From: an uncultured virus (IMG/VR IMGVR_UViG_3300044717_000012)
Taxonomy: Duplodnaviria > Heunggongvirae > Uroviricota > Caudoviricetes
Reading direction: 5' to 3' (one strand)
DNA length: 22,401 nt
Virus record (IMG/VR): IMGVR_UViG_3300044717_000012
Shown here: piece after piece, positions 14,054 through 22,401 of the stretch
Layout: each line of letters opens with the position of its first letter
Numbering within the stretch: the first letter of the stretch is position 1
The notes under the pieces: model-generated
Seen by the model: only the letters and a program-made list of their open reading frames with translations
Databases searched by the model: none
Told to the model about the DNA's origin: nothing
Position numbers and translations under genes: made by a program

Positions 14054-14392
14054 CTACTCAATGGGCGAAACCACTTTACGTCCCTGAGTGGCCACCACAT
14101 GCGCAGCACCCATTGCGCCGATGCCACCCAGGACCGGGCCGATAGCACTCATCAGGATATCGGCCGCACTGAGGCCTTTGTTCAGGAAACCGCCGGTTTT
14201 TGAGCTCACCGCGCCCAGGTTGGTGGCCACGCCGACCGCGATGGTAGCCAGCCCGATTACCGGACCGACCAACCGGGACAGCTCTAGCAACGGCTCTGGG
14301 CGAGCGGAACCATTAGCACTGGTCATTGTCTCGATGCCTCCTACTTCTGTGGGTGATGAAAATTCATCTTTCAACTTATCGAAGATAGCCAC
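14054..14392 (-). CDS. Putative holin
   Basis: Directly downstream of the endolysin; two hydrophobic helices; C-terminal RKVVSP resembles the R..V.P tail of actinophage holins. Confidence 0.65.
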   Translation of the reverse strand: MAIFDKLKDEFSSPTEVGGIETMTSANGSARPEPLLELSRLVGPVIGLATIAVGVATNLGAVSSKTGGFLNKGLSAADILMSAIGPVLGGIGAMGAAHVVATQGRKVVSPIE

Positions 14393-14404
14393 TGTGGATA
14401 CTCC

Positions 14405-15415
14405 CTATGCCGACCGACCAACGGGAACACAACCCTCACCCGGCGCTGCGTAGTTAAACGTGATACCGACCGCGCCGTGCGGGGCAACCCATGGCCCGAG
14501 AATGCTCAACGGACCATGTGCGGCTACTGCCCGGCCCTGCCCGCTGGTGTACGGCGTGGCATCGCCCTCATGTACGGGCTCGAAATTACCGCCCGCCATT
14601 TTCCAGCTAGCGATACCGAGATAGGCCCGGGTGGTGTCTGCAGTCCGGCCGCCCCAATCCTGGCAGCCGAATGCGATAGCACAGTCACCTTCCCAGCCGC
14701 CGGCCATATCGAAATAGACTGTGTAATTGCGTTGCGGCCAAGAGTGCGGGTCAGAGTTGGGATCAGCCGGCCGGTCAGTAGCCGGCAATCTTTCCATGTC
14801 GTGTAGAACCTCCTTAGTGCGTGAGCGGATACCAAAGGTGGTCAGCAGAGTCTGTATCGTGTGCTGGTCAGCGCGGTTGGCATCACACGGACCAAACGGG
14901 TTGCACGCGATGTTGTCGCCGTACTGGTGCGCCACCATTCCCGGATAGGTCGGTGTCGTGCCGCCATAAGATGCCACCACCAAGGCCACACCTGGCGGCT
15001 TATTCGGCCACAACGCATCAAGATCTCCCTTATTCCCGTAGCCGATAACCCGGCGCGGGTTGCCCAGCCAGTCCGACAATTTCCGGTGCATGTTGTTGAT
15101 GTTGGCAGAGTGGTTGCCCTTGATTTGACCGTTCCACGATTCCACATCAATCATCACCACCAGCTGATCAATCGGGTGACCGACCATACTCATCAATGTA
15201 TTGGCGGTCTGTTCCCAGTTCGGCCGGTACACGCAGTAGACGATGATGATATCGAGCCGGCTGTCTGCCAGCGCGCGTTGCGCCCATTCGTAGTTGTGCT
15301 CGAAGGCAGGATCTTCATAGGTACCATCATTGGCCCGGATAGCCAACACCGGGTGCGGGTACTCATCAGTGACGATAGGCTGGAAATAGCTAACATCAGC
15401 CCATTGAACAGGCAA
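14405..15415 (-). CDS. Endolysin with N-terminal GH25-like muramidase domain
   Basis: WADVSYFQ, IRANDGTY.D..F..NY, MIDVESW (DxE), YGN, HQY.D, CDAN; position after tail genes; GGAGG RBS. Confidence 0.85.
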   Translation of the reverse strand: MPVQWADVSYFQPIVTDEYPHPVLAIRANDGTYEDPAFEHNYEWAQRALADSRLDIIIVYCVYRPNWEQTANTLMSMVGHPIDQLVVMIDVESWNGQIKGNHSANINNMHRKLSDWLGNPRRVIGYGNKGDLDALWPNKPPGVALVVASYGGTTPTYPGMVAHQYGDNIACNPFGPCDANRADQHTIQTLLTTFGIRSRTKEVLHDMERLPATDRPADPNSDPHSWPQRNYTVYFDMAGGWEGDCAIAFGCQDWGGRTADTTRAYLGIASWKMAGGNFEPVHEGDATPYTSGQGRAVAAHGPLSILGPWVAPHGAVGITFNYAAPGEGCVPVGRSA

Positions 15416-15434
15416 TTGATATCCCTCCCATTAC

Positions 15435-16094
15435 CTACGCGCCAGCGCCCGGCGCGGTATCAGGTGCGCCCACAGTCGGGCCGCTGGTAGTGCCGGGTGC
15501 GGGATCGGCAGCCGGTACCTCGCCAGAGGGCATGCCGGCCGCTTGGGTGGTGGGCACATCCGCTGCGCCACCCACTGCGGTATTGGTCGGGCCGGTCAGG
15601 TCAGGTGCGGCCGGTGCGCCGGTATCAGGTGGTGCATCGCTGCCGCTGGCGGGTGCTGGTGCTGCATCGCCGGCAGCGCTGCCCTGCGCCGGGGGAGTGC
15701 CGGTGTCTGCGCCAGCGCCTCCTGAGCTCGAACCGCTGGCGGGCTCTGTGGGTGCCGCGCTGGCCGGCGGTGCTGCTTCGACGTCCCCACCACTGCCCAG
15801 CGCGGACAACGGCACACCTACTGCAGTAGGGTTGTTGGGATCGCTGGCCAGGGTGTGCAGCGCAGTCTTAATCGTGTCGAGCTGGTCGGCCATCGCTGAC
15901 ATTTTGCCGAGCTCTGGCGCGATGTTGTCCATAGCGGCCGATACCGCAGCCTGATTGCCGCTGGTGATTGCGCCCTGCAATGCGGCCAATTTGTCGGCCA
16001 CGCTGCGAGTATCGCCAGCCATGGTGGTAATAGTGGTACTCACGCGGTTGGTAATGTCATTGATTTGGATAATGACGTCTTGCTCGGAAGCCAT
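15435..16094 (-). CDS. Coiled-coil protein with Pro/Ala-rich acidic tail (lysis-cassette associated)
   Basis: GGAG RBS; heptad-like N-terminus, low-complexity C-terminus. Confidence 0.75.
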   Translation of the reverse strand: MASEQDVIIQINDITNRVSTTITTMAGDTRSVADKLAALQGAITSGNQAAVSAAMDNIAPELGKMSAMADQLDTIKTALHTLASDPNNPTAVGVPLSALGSGGDVEAAPPASAAPTEPASGSSSGGAGADTGTPPAQGSAAGDAAPAPASGSDAPPDTGAPAAPDLTGPTNTAVGGAADVPTTQAAGMPSGEVPAADPAPGTTSGPTVGAPDTAPGAGA

Positions 16095-16211
16095 CAGGCT
16101 CTCCAATCTGCGGTGATGAGGTTGAGTAATTCACTGGGTTGCGCGCTTGCGCCTAGCTGTGTTTCACTGTGGTGACCCAGAGTGACCCCCTGTGCACATG
16201 GAGGTAGTCCG

Positions 16212-16649
16212 ATGTTTCGACGCAGCATCACCGCAGCTCTGACCCTGTTTGCCTGTTTTGTGCTCGTGCTGGCTTCGCCCAGCGCATCCGCGGCTACCTC
16301 AACATTCCGCGACGTGGCTACGCTGCATTGTCTTGACAGCAATACGAGCGGGAACGTCTATGCGATCGGCTGTAACGGCGGCAATTTCCAGAACTGGATT
16401 TTTGCCGGGTCGGACACCACCACAACGGTGCGCGATGTGTCTACATTGTTTTGCCTTGACAGCAACACCAACGGCAACGTGTACACGCTGCCATGCAATG
16501 GCGGCAACTTCCAGAAGTGGCGTGTAGAGCGTTCAGCCCATCGCGTAGTGGATGTGGCTACCGGCCGGTGCCTCGACTCGAATACAGCCAACAGCGTGTA
16601 CACCCTGCCGTGTAATGGCGGCAATTTCCAGAACTGGCTGCACAACTAG
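16212..16649 (+). CDS. Secreted actinohivin-like ricin-B (beta-trefoil) lectin
   Basis: Signal peptide ending ASA; three ~38-aa repeats xDVxTxxCLDSNTxxxVYxxxCNGGNFQxW matching the actinohivin module; GGAGG RBS. Confidence 0.9.
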   Translation: MFRRSITAALTLFACFVLVLASPSASAATSTFRDVATLHCLDSNTSGNVYAIGCNGGNFQNWIFAGSDTTTTVRDVSTLFCLDSNTNGNVYTLPCNGGNFQKWRVERSAHRVVDVATGRCLDSNTANSVYTLPCNGGNFQNWLHN

Positions 16650-19579
16650 TGCGTGATCTCCGTATCGGCCGCCGCTGGCCGGGTCACCTCGGTATCAGCG
16701 CGCGCCGGCTCGGTGAGCTCAGTAGTCCCGGCCGCCGCGGTGGTCGTGAGCTCCGTCTGCGCCGCGGTGCTAGGAGTGGTCAGGTAGACAACCCCGGCCG
16801 ATATGGCGCGGGTCAGCGTGATGGCCATAGGGCGTGGTGGCCAGCCTGGCAGGACGAAAGTACGAGTGCCGGCAATGCCGAGCACCGCAACCCCGCGCAC
16901 CGCAACCGCCTTGGCCGGCGTCACCCAGGCTGCGAATCCCGCAGTGGCCCGGGCAGTCAGGGTGACGGTTTTGCGCACCGTGGTGTACGCGACAACCCCG
17001 GCAAACGCGCTGGTATGCACGCTGGCCGTCTTGCGTGGATTGCTCAGGGCTACCATGCCCACTGCAGGACGCAGCGTGGTCGGTGCTGACTTGGCATCGA
17101 ACACCCGGCCAATGGCTCCCAGCGAGCTGTAGGCAGCCACCACGGCCAGCTTGGTAGGCCGGGCGGTGGCGGTGGCGCCGATCGAGCTAAGGGCGTGCTG
17201 GGCACTGGATTTGGCCGCTCTGGCAGTGCCCAGCACGCTAACCGATGCCGACACCGACACCGGGGATCGTTTGACGGTGATCACCGTCACGGTCAGGCCG
17301 ATGACCCCGCGCCCGCTCTCGATAGCCGATGGCGCGCTAGAGCGCAGCGCAACCAGCCCGATGGGTGCGGAGTCGGTCACAATGGCGACCTTGCGCGGGA
17401 TGCTCAGCCCGATCACGCCGGCCGCGGTGCGCAGAGCGGTCGGCGCTGCTTTGGCGACTATGGCCCGGGCTGTAACACCGCCGTAGGCGCGAGCGATGAC
17501 CGGGGTAGTACGTGCCAGCCCGGCTACCCGGCCAATAATTCCGGCAGATATACCGACCACCACTGCAGCAGTGCGCGACTCCGTTGCCCGGCCAACAGCT
17601 CCCACGGTGCCGGCGGCTGCGGTGCTCACCGTCTTGGTTTCGGTGACCCGGCTCGCCAGGCCCACCGCGGCGCGCACGGTGACGATGGCGTTTTTAACCG
17701 GCGTGACCAGCGCAGCGACACCCAATAGCGCCCGGCCGCTTTCCACCGCGGTTTGAATGGTGCGATAAGCCGACAATCCGATCACACCGCGAGCTGCGTG
17801 CGGAGCGTTTTTCTTAGCACTGGCCAGCCCGACTGCACCCAGCGCTACCCGGCCGACTTGCGCGCGGTTGTCACCACCCAGGCCAGGTTGCAGCTCGACA
17901 ACGATAATGCCGTAGGTCTGCGTGGGTGCGGACATGCCGGCGGTTTTCGCACCAGCAGTGCCGGAGTCGGGATACCAGCCGCCCCAGACGGTAAATGCAC
18001 CACCACCTACCGTGGTGACGTGGGTGAGCTCGCTAAACGTTCCGGGACCAGTGAGGTATGTAGCGGCAGACGTTGATACATTCGCGTCAACATCCACCAT
18101 GAAAATAGCGGAATGGCTGACCGTAGTGGTCAAACCGATCGAGGGCGCCACGCTGTTGTTCATCGCGGTAGCACTGGCACCGACCGCGCTCACTCCCGTG
18201 AACTGGTAGACGAAAAATCCCCACTGGGTATTGAACGGGTTAGCTGTGACTGCCGCGGTCATTGTGAAAGTCTGTGAAGTTCCCGCGGTTGCTGACCACA
18301 CCTGCAGCTGCCCGTTGGGAGATTGAGATTGCAGCGGAATGTAGGTGAGACCTCCACCGGTCGGTGTGGCCCATACTTGGTTATTCGGGTCACCACTGAC
18401 TTGGGTGATGAGCAGGACATCGCCGGCGGTCACGGTGATTGATAATGTTTTCGGTGTGGTGCTTGTGGTAAACCCTGATGCGTAAGTTGCCGGGTTGGTG
18501 ACGACACCCAGACCGCTGCCCCGGGCGTGATTAACCCGGGGGATTGTCCCGATGAGTGCCAGTGCTAATTGCGGAGCTACTTTGCGCGTGTTGGTGCGCG
18601 GCACGATACCCAGCGCGGAGACTGCTCCCGTAGGATGGTCACTGCGGGCGGTCGCGACTGTGGCAGAGAGACCTACCGGCATCCTGCCAAGACTGTTGAC
18701 AGATTTATTTGGCAGTACACTGCTGACGGCACCTAGCGGATTTACGGTCTTAGCAACAGCCGCTTGTACCGGCGTGACAGAGGGGACTACACCTAATACG
18801 CTGAGTCCGCTCTCAACTGCGGTGGGCACCGCTGCGGGTGCGGGTAGTATCTCTACAGCCGCTATGACATAGAACGCTGTAGCACTCCATGTGCCGCCCA
18901 GAGTTATGGCCCCTGGCGTTACCGTTTTATTTGTTGCTTTCCAAGCCTGCATGCTGACGTTATCGGTGCTATTCGGCACAGCTAGAATGTTGGTAGTATT
19001 GCCATTAAGCGCGTAGGTTGCCGATGTGGTGGAGTCATTGCTGACACCATAAACCAGTGATCCGGCTTGGGTTGTGGTGATACTGACTGTGCCCGCGGTA
19101 TCAGAGGTAACTGAGTTATTCTTTGTGATGATCGTAGCGCCCGATTGATCGGGATTGGCGCCAGAGAACACCTTAGTGGAATTGAGGACACCACCACCGG
19201 TCGCAGATGGCGTGAGCGTTGTCGTCATGGCACCGGGCGAGGTCGCTACGTAGGCCCACCAGACAGCGACAACCCCGCCGTTGTTGCTCGTGTTGGTTCC
19301 CGACACCATGGCGAGCTGGTGCCAGGTGAGCCCCACAGAGTCGGTGAGAGCCAATGTCTGCGGTAGCGCGGTGGCCCAGCCACCACACCCGAACACCATA
19401 ATAATGGAGCCGTTGGGTGGTGTGAATGATCCGCTGGCCAGGGCGCCGTTGCCCGTGCGCGAGACGGGTGCCGGGCTGGACGGATCTTCATTGACGCCGA
19501 TAAACAGCTGCGGGACGGTGCGCCAGAACGGCGTGTAATTAAACTGTATTCTGCTGGGAGAACCGCCGACCCGGCCCAT
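16646..19579 (-). CDS. Large virion structural protein (minor tail/fiber-like)
   Basis: 977 aa, Thr/Ala/Gly/Val-rich; two related beta-rich domains each followed by degenerate repeats; late-gene context. Confidence 0.8.
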   Translation of the reverse strand: MGRVGGSPSRIQFNYTPFWRTVPQLFIGVNEDPSSPAPVSRTGNGALASGSFTPPNGSIIMVFGCGGWATALPQTLALTDSVGLTWHQLAMVSGTNTSNNGGVVAVWWAYVATSPGAMTTTLTPSATGGGVLNSTKVFSGANPDQSGATIITKNNSVTSDTAGTVSITTTQAGSLVYGVSNDSTTSATYALNGNTTNILAVPNSTDNVSMQAWKATNKTVTPGAITLGGTWSATAFYVIAAVEILPAPAAVPTAVESGLSVLGVVPSVTPVQAAVAKTVNPLGAVSSVLPNKSVNSLGRMPVGLSATVATARSDHPTGAVSALGIVPRTNTRKVAPQLALALIGTIPRVNHARGSGLGVVTNPATYASGFTTSTTPKTLSITVTAGDVLLITQVSGDPNNQVWATPTGGGLTYIPLQSQSPNGQLQVWSATAGTSQTFTMTAAVTANPFNTQWGFFVYQFTGVSAVGASATAMNNSVAPSIGLTTTVSHSAIFMVDVDANVSTSAATYLTGPGTFSELTHVTTVGGGAFTVWGGWYPDSGTAGAKTAGMSAPTQTYGIIVVELQPGLGGDNRAQVGRVALGAVGLASAKKNAPHAARGVIGLSAYRTIQTAVESGRALLGVAALVTPVKNAIVTVRAAVGLASRVTETKTVSTAAAGTVGAVGRATESRTAAVVVGISAGIIGRVAGLARTTPVIARAYGGVTARAIVAKAAPTALRTAAGVIGLSIPRKVAIVTDSAPIGLVALRSSAPSAIESGRGVIGLTVTVITVKRSPVSVSASVSVLGTARAAKSSAQHALSSIGATATARPTKLAVVAAYSSLGAIGRVFDAKSAPTTLRPAVGMVALSNPRKTASVHTSAFAGVVAYTTVRKTVTLTARATAGFAAWVTPAKAVAVRGVAVLGIAGTRTFVLPGWPPRPMAITLTRAISAGVVYLTTPSTAAQTELTTTAAAGTTELTEPARADTEVTRPAAADTEITH

Positions 19580-19582
19580 GGG

Positions 19583-20347
19583 TTAGTTCACATCGGAATG
19601 TATAGCAATCGGGTTGGTTAGACCACCAGCAGGGGATCCCAGACCTTGACGGAATGGTGCCGGGCCGGGAAATCCGGTGTTGTTGAGTTGCCAGTTAGAG
19701 AAGTATGTTGGCGGGGTCGCCTCCGAATAGCCAACTGCCAGGCCCAGGGGGAACAGGTTGCAGGTAGCCCCGCCGTAGTTAGCACCTGTTTGCGTGATGC
19801 TGTCCGAGTAATCAAGACCATCAGCACCAGGATCCGCATAAACAAATAAAGACGTTGATCCGGCGGTAAAGTTGACATTCATCTCTACGCGATTCCACAC
19901 ACCCGCGACAAAAGAGGTACCGCCGAACACGGTTGCTCCTGCTTTGTCTTTGACGTAAAGGCTATTCGGTGTGGTGGCTGTCTGGAGTAGTACGGACATC
20001 TCCATCGTAATACCACTGAACGCTGAAAATATAATACGGTCATTAGTAGACGGACTGATTGACGAAAAATATACGTAAAACCTAGTCCAGATCTGGGCTT
20101 GTGCTCCCATGGACGTACTCCACGAGGCAGCGACCGATTGGCCTGATGTTCCCGTAGTGGCGAGCTCCATCACAAACTGCGCAGTCGGACGGTTGAGCGC
20201 GTTTACTCCCGCATCTGCGAAAACGATGGTAGCGCTCGCGGCAGTAGTGATTGAGTTAAATGCGTTATCGCCCAGCTGCCCGGTATTCGCAGTTGTCAAT
20301 GTCGTGCCGGCGGGACCGCCGTTGAAATTATTGATGAGCGTTGTCAT
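19583..20347 (-). CDS. Minor tail protein, concanavalin A/LamG-like fold suspected
   Basis: IWTRFYVYF...GVWNRVEMNV..L.VY beta-sandwich pattern; late operon. Confidence 0.7.
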   Translation of the reverse strand: MTTLINNFNGGPAGTTLTTANTGQLGDNAFNSITTAASATIVFADAGVNALNRPTAQFVMELATTGTSGQSVAASWSTSMGAQAQIWTRFYVYFSSISPSTNDRIIFSAFSGITMEMSVLLQTATTPNSLYVKDKAGATVFGGTSFVAGVWNRVEMNVNFTAGSTSLFVYADPGADGLDYSDSITQTGANYGGATCNLFPLGLAVGYSEATPPTYFSNWQLNNTGFPGPAPFRQGLGSPAGGLTNPIAIHSDVN

Positions 20348-20348
20348 A

Positions 20349-20789
20349 TCACTGCTCAACATAAAGATTGATGCACGTGGGAAATGCAGGACCATTAACG
20401 CGCAGGCATCGGTTTGTTGAGATCGGTTGGTAAGTCTCCCGTCCGAACGGGTCAATAATACTATACATTCCGGGTAAGGGAATGATCAAGGTAGTGAGTA
20501 CGACCACTGTGCCGGGCTCAACTGTATCATTGATCTTTACTGTGCCCGAAACCATAGCAACACTCTGATCAACACCCCATTTGAGTGGTGTTACCGTGGT
20601 ACCGGTACCCGTAGTGATCCAAGAGCACCACTGCAAAGTTAATGCGCCCGCTGCAGTAGCACCGCAAGTAACCTCCATCTTGTAGGCCACTAATGGCATG
20701 GTTGCTGCCGTGGGTAGTTCAATAAGAGATTTGTTAGTGGCGGCTACCAGAGTAGTTGCACCTGTAGAGATCACATACTGAACAGCCAT
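20349..20789 (-). CDS. Putative virion structural protein
   Basis: Thr/Val-rich beta protein; translationally coupled. Confidence 0.7.
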   Translation of the reverse strand: MAVQYVISTGATTLVAATNKSLIELPTAATMPLVAYKMEVTCGATAAGALTLQWCSWITTGTGTTVTPLKWGVDQSVAMVSGTVKINDTVEPGTVVVLTTLIIPLPGMYSIIDPFGRETYQPISTNRCLRVNGPAFPTCINLYVEQ

Positions 20790-21154
20790 CAGCGCGCCTC
20801 CCCACAGCTATGCACGAGCGGTCCATCATCACTGGCGCCTGCAGTCATTCGGAGACCAACCACCATGTCATCGCGAATGACCTCATGGATCCGTACGTTA
20901 TCCGGTATGCGCGCGCCACAACCCGTGCACACGTAATCAAACCCAGCATGCTGCACGAGAGGGGTATGATGGGCCTCTGTAGGTACTGGGAAAGGGAATC
21001 CTAAAACAACAGGTTCTGTAGTGGGAGCCACTAATCGAGCTGCAAGAGACTGTTGCACATCCAACGGAATAAGTCGTAAGACATCATCCGGGATCACTGA
21101 CGACAAAGCCACACGTCGCTCAACTATTTGTCTAGCTTCCGCATCATCAGTCAT
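20789..21154 (-). CDS. Hypothetical protein (CxxC, H/C motifs)
   Basis: TAATG/TGATG coupling on both sides; GGAG RBS. Confidence 0.7.
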   Translation of the reverse strand: MTDDAEARQIVERRVALSSVIPDDVLRLIPLDVQQSLAARLVAPTTEPVVLGFPFPVPTEAHHTPLVQHAGFDYVCTGCGARIPDNVRIHEVIRDDMVVGLRMTAGASDDGPLVHSCGEAR

Positions 21155-21690
21155 TATTCTCCCGTCACCACACCAGCTACGGCATTCCACGAATTATTGA
21201 CTGTATTGAACAGATTGATATCTGTTTCCATTTTCTGCACTGTTCCAGTAGCACCCCCCGTACCGTTACCCGGCTGCGGAATAGAAAACGTTGTCGCACT
21301 GAGTACTGTCACTACCCAGGTACCATTCGCATTAGTGTTTATCGCATGGTTCAGAATTTCCACCACATCACCGCTGGCGTAACCATGTGCTGGTGTCGTG
21401 ATCACTGAGGGATTGACTGCAGTTGACGATGTGATAAGAATTGGATTAAACCAGTTGAGTGACCCGGCAGGGTCAGAAGCTACCAACGCAACAAATCTGG
21501 GAGTAACCGAATCAGGACTAGTCAGTACTTGCACCGCTAATTGCCTGCGTCGTGCCCAGTTACCCGTAGACTGTCCGCCTATTGCTTCTAGCGCAATAGT
21601 TACGGCGACTCGAACCATAACGTCACGGATACGACTGATAAATGAGGCATCCGCAACCAACTGCGCGCCTTGGGCCAATGTCAGTGCCAT
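21154..21690 (-). CDS. Putative structural protein with inserted small beta domain (E1-FCCH-like)
   Basis: ITSST..NPSVITTPAHGYASGDVVEI...NGTWVVTVLSATTFSI motif within a helical protein; GGAGG RBS. Confidence 0.75.
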   Translation of the reverse strand: MALTLAQGAQLVADASFISRIRDVMVRVAVTIALEAIGGQSTGNWARRRQLAVQVLTSPDSVTPRFVALVASDPAGSLNWFNPILITSSTAVNPSVITTPAHGYASGDVVEILNHAINTNANGTWVVTVLSATTFSIPQPGNGTGGATGTVQKMETDINLFNTVNNSWNAVAGVVTGE

Positions 21691-21714
21691 AAACCCTCCC
21701 TGTATTATCTAGTT

Positions 21715-21987
21715 ATGACGACTACTGGCACAGCGACACTGTGGGAAGGCGTTTTGACAAATATCCCAGGTACAGCAATGCAAGCAACCCTAAGGAAATC
21801 GACAATTCTGCTAGAAAAAGTTATTGCAGGTAGAGTGATAAAAGAGATACTGCTGCCATCACCGGGCATGTATTGCGCGAATACGCTTGCGTGGTGGCCA
21901 TGGATCCCCTACTGGAGTCTCGATGTGGTAAGTACGCGAGATGACAATGGGATAACAACTATCCGCATTGAGGAAACATCAGAATGA
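21715..21987 (+). CDS. Low-GC hypothetical protein, antisense to the late operon
   Basis: Fills the 300-bp gap; TATTAT 6 nt before ATG suggests a leaderless transcript. Confidence 0.55.
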   Translation: MTTTGTATLWEGVLTNIPGTAMQATLRKSTILLEKVIAGRVIKEILLPSPGMYCANTLAWWPWIPYWSLDVVSTRDDNGITTIRIEETSE

Positions 21988-21994
21988 CGTATGC

Positions 21995-22401
21995 CTAAAC
22001 GGACGTGGCGTCAACCACAAGAGCGCCGATTGCTACGGTGATGTTTCCCGCTGCATTGAAAACCTCGGACACAATGCGCTGCCAGTAAAACAGCCCAGAG
22101 TTAAACGTAGTCAACGCCACAGCTGATCCGCCGGATGTGGTGGAGAGCTGGAACGTGTTAGTAGCTGAGTTGATGACGTAGTACAGGGTGCCGGATGCCA
22201 ACGGCGCGGTGAGCGTGGTGCCGAATTCGGGATAGACAAACAGCGTGTTGGTGTTGACCAGTGTGTGACCGGGGGCAAAGAACTGGTTGTTAGCCAATGT
22301 GGGATCAACCGTGGCGTATCCCTTGATAGCCGCCGCGCCACCCATCGGGCTGTAGCCCATGTACTGGGTGCCCGTGTTGAGGGTCGCAGCATTCCAGAAT
22401 G
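21995..22401 (-). CDS. Partial phage minor tail/structural protein (5' end outside window)
   Basis: Frame open to the edge (..FWNAATLNTGTQYMGYSP..); GHTL..GTLYYVINSATNTFQLSTTSGG motif; GNITVAIGALVV C-terminus. Confidence 0.75.
   Translation of the reverse strand, partial: FWNAATLNTGTQYMGYSPMGGAAAIKGYATVDPTLANNQFFAPGHTLVNTNTLFVYPEFGTTLTAPLASGTLYYVINSATNTFQLSTTSGGSAVALTTFNSGLFYWQRIVSEVFNAAGNITVAIGALVVDATSV

Noticed and set aside
13649..14203. Overlapping ORFs of 64-184 aa across the holin-downstream gap
   Set aside because: Arg/Pro-rich GC-driven frames without RBS or recognisable motifs
16358..16645. 95-aa - strand ORF with internal repeats, co-oriented with late genes
   Set aside because: Its repeats simply mirror the lectin repeats on the other strand
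16649..19538. Many + strand ORFs within the large tail gene
   Set aside because: Antisense shadows typical of high-GC coding DNA

Overview
GC-rich (~60-65%) segment of an actinobacteriophage, or a phage-like element, probably infecting an actinomycete. Left arm (~0.4-10.5 kb, mostly + strand): an early/host-takeover region of small genes driven by a family of near-consensus sigma70-type promoters. It includes Lsr2, a host-like WhiB1, HTH/RHH regulators, an SprT-like metalloprotease and many Cys-rich proteins, and ends at a bidirectional terminator near 10.5 kb. Right arm (- strand): the end of the virion structural module (minor tail-like proteins), a lysis cassette (GH25-like endolysin plus holin), a hairpin-rich ~330-nt non-coding stretch, and an accessory block with a secreted Pro-rich protein, a DUF2269-like membrane protein and a class V PLP cysteine desulfurase-like enzyme. 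Most notable: (i) a secreted actinohivin-type mannose lectin inserted antisense between the tail and lysis genes; (ii) four promoters whose -10-to-+1 segment is complementary to a sequence at about +15 to +25, three of them sharing a GTCAGG start; (iii) the WhiB1 plus desulfurase pairing; (iv) a candidate structured ncRNA; (v) a recurrent CGTGTACAC motif. All family calls come from motif recognition by eye; no database searches were run.
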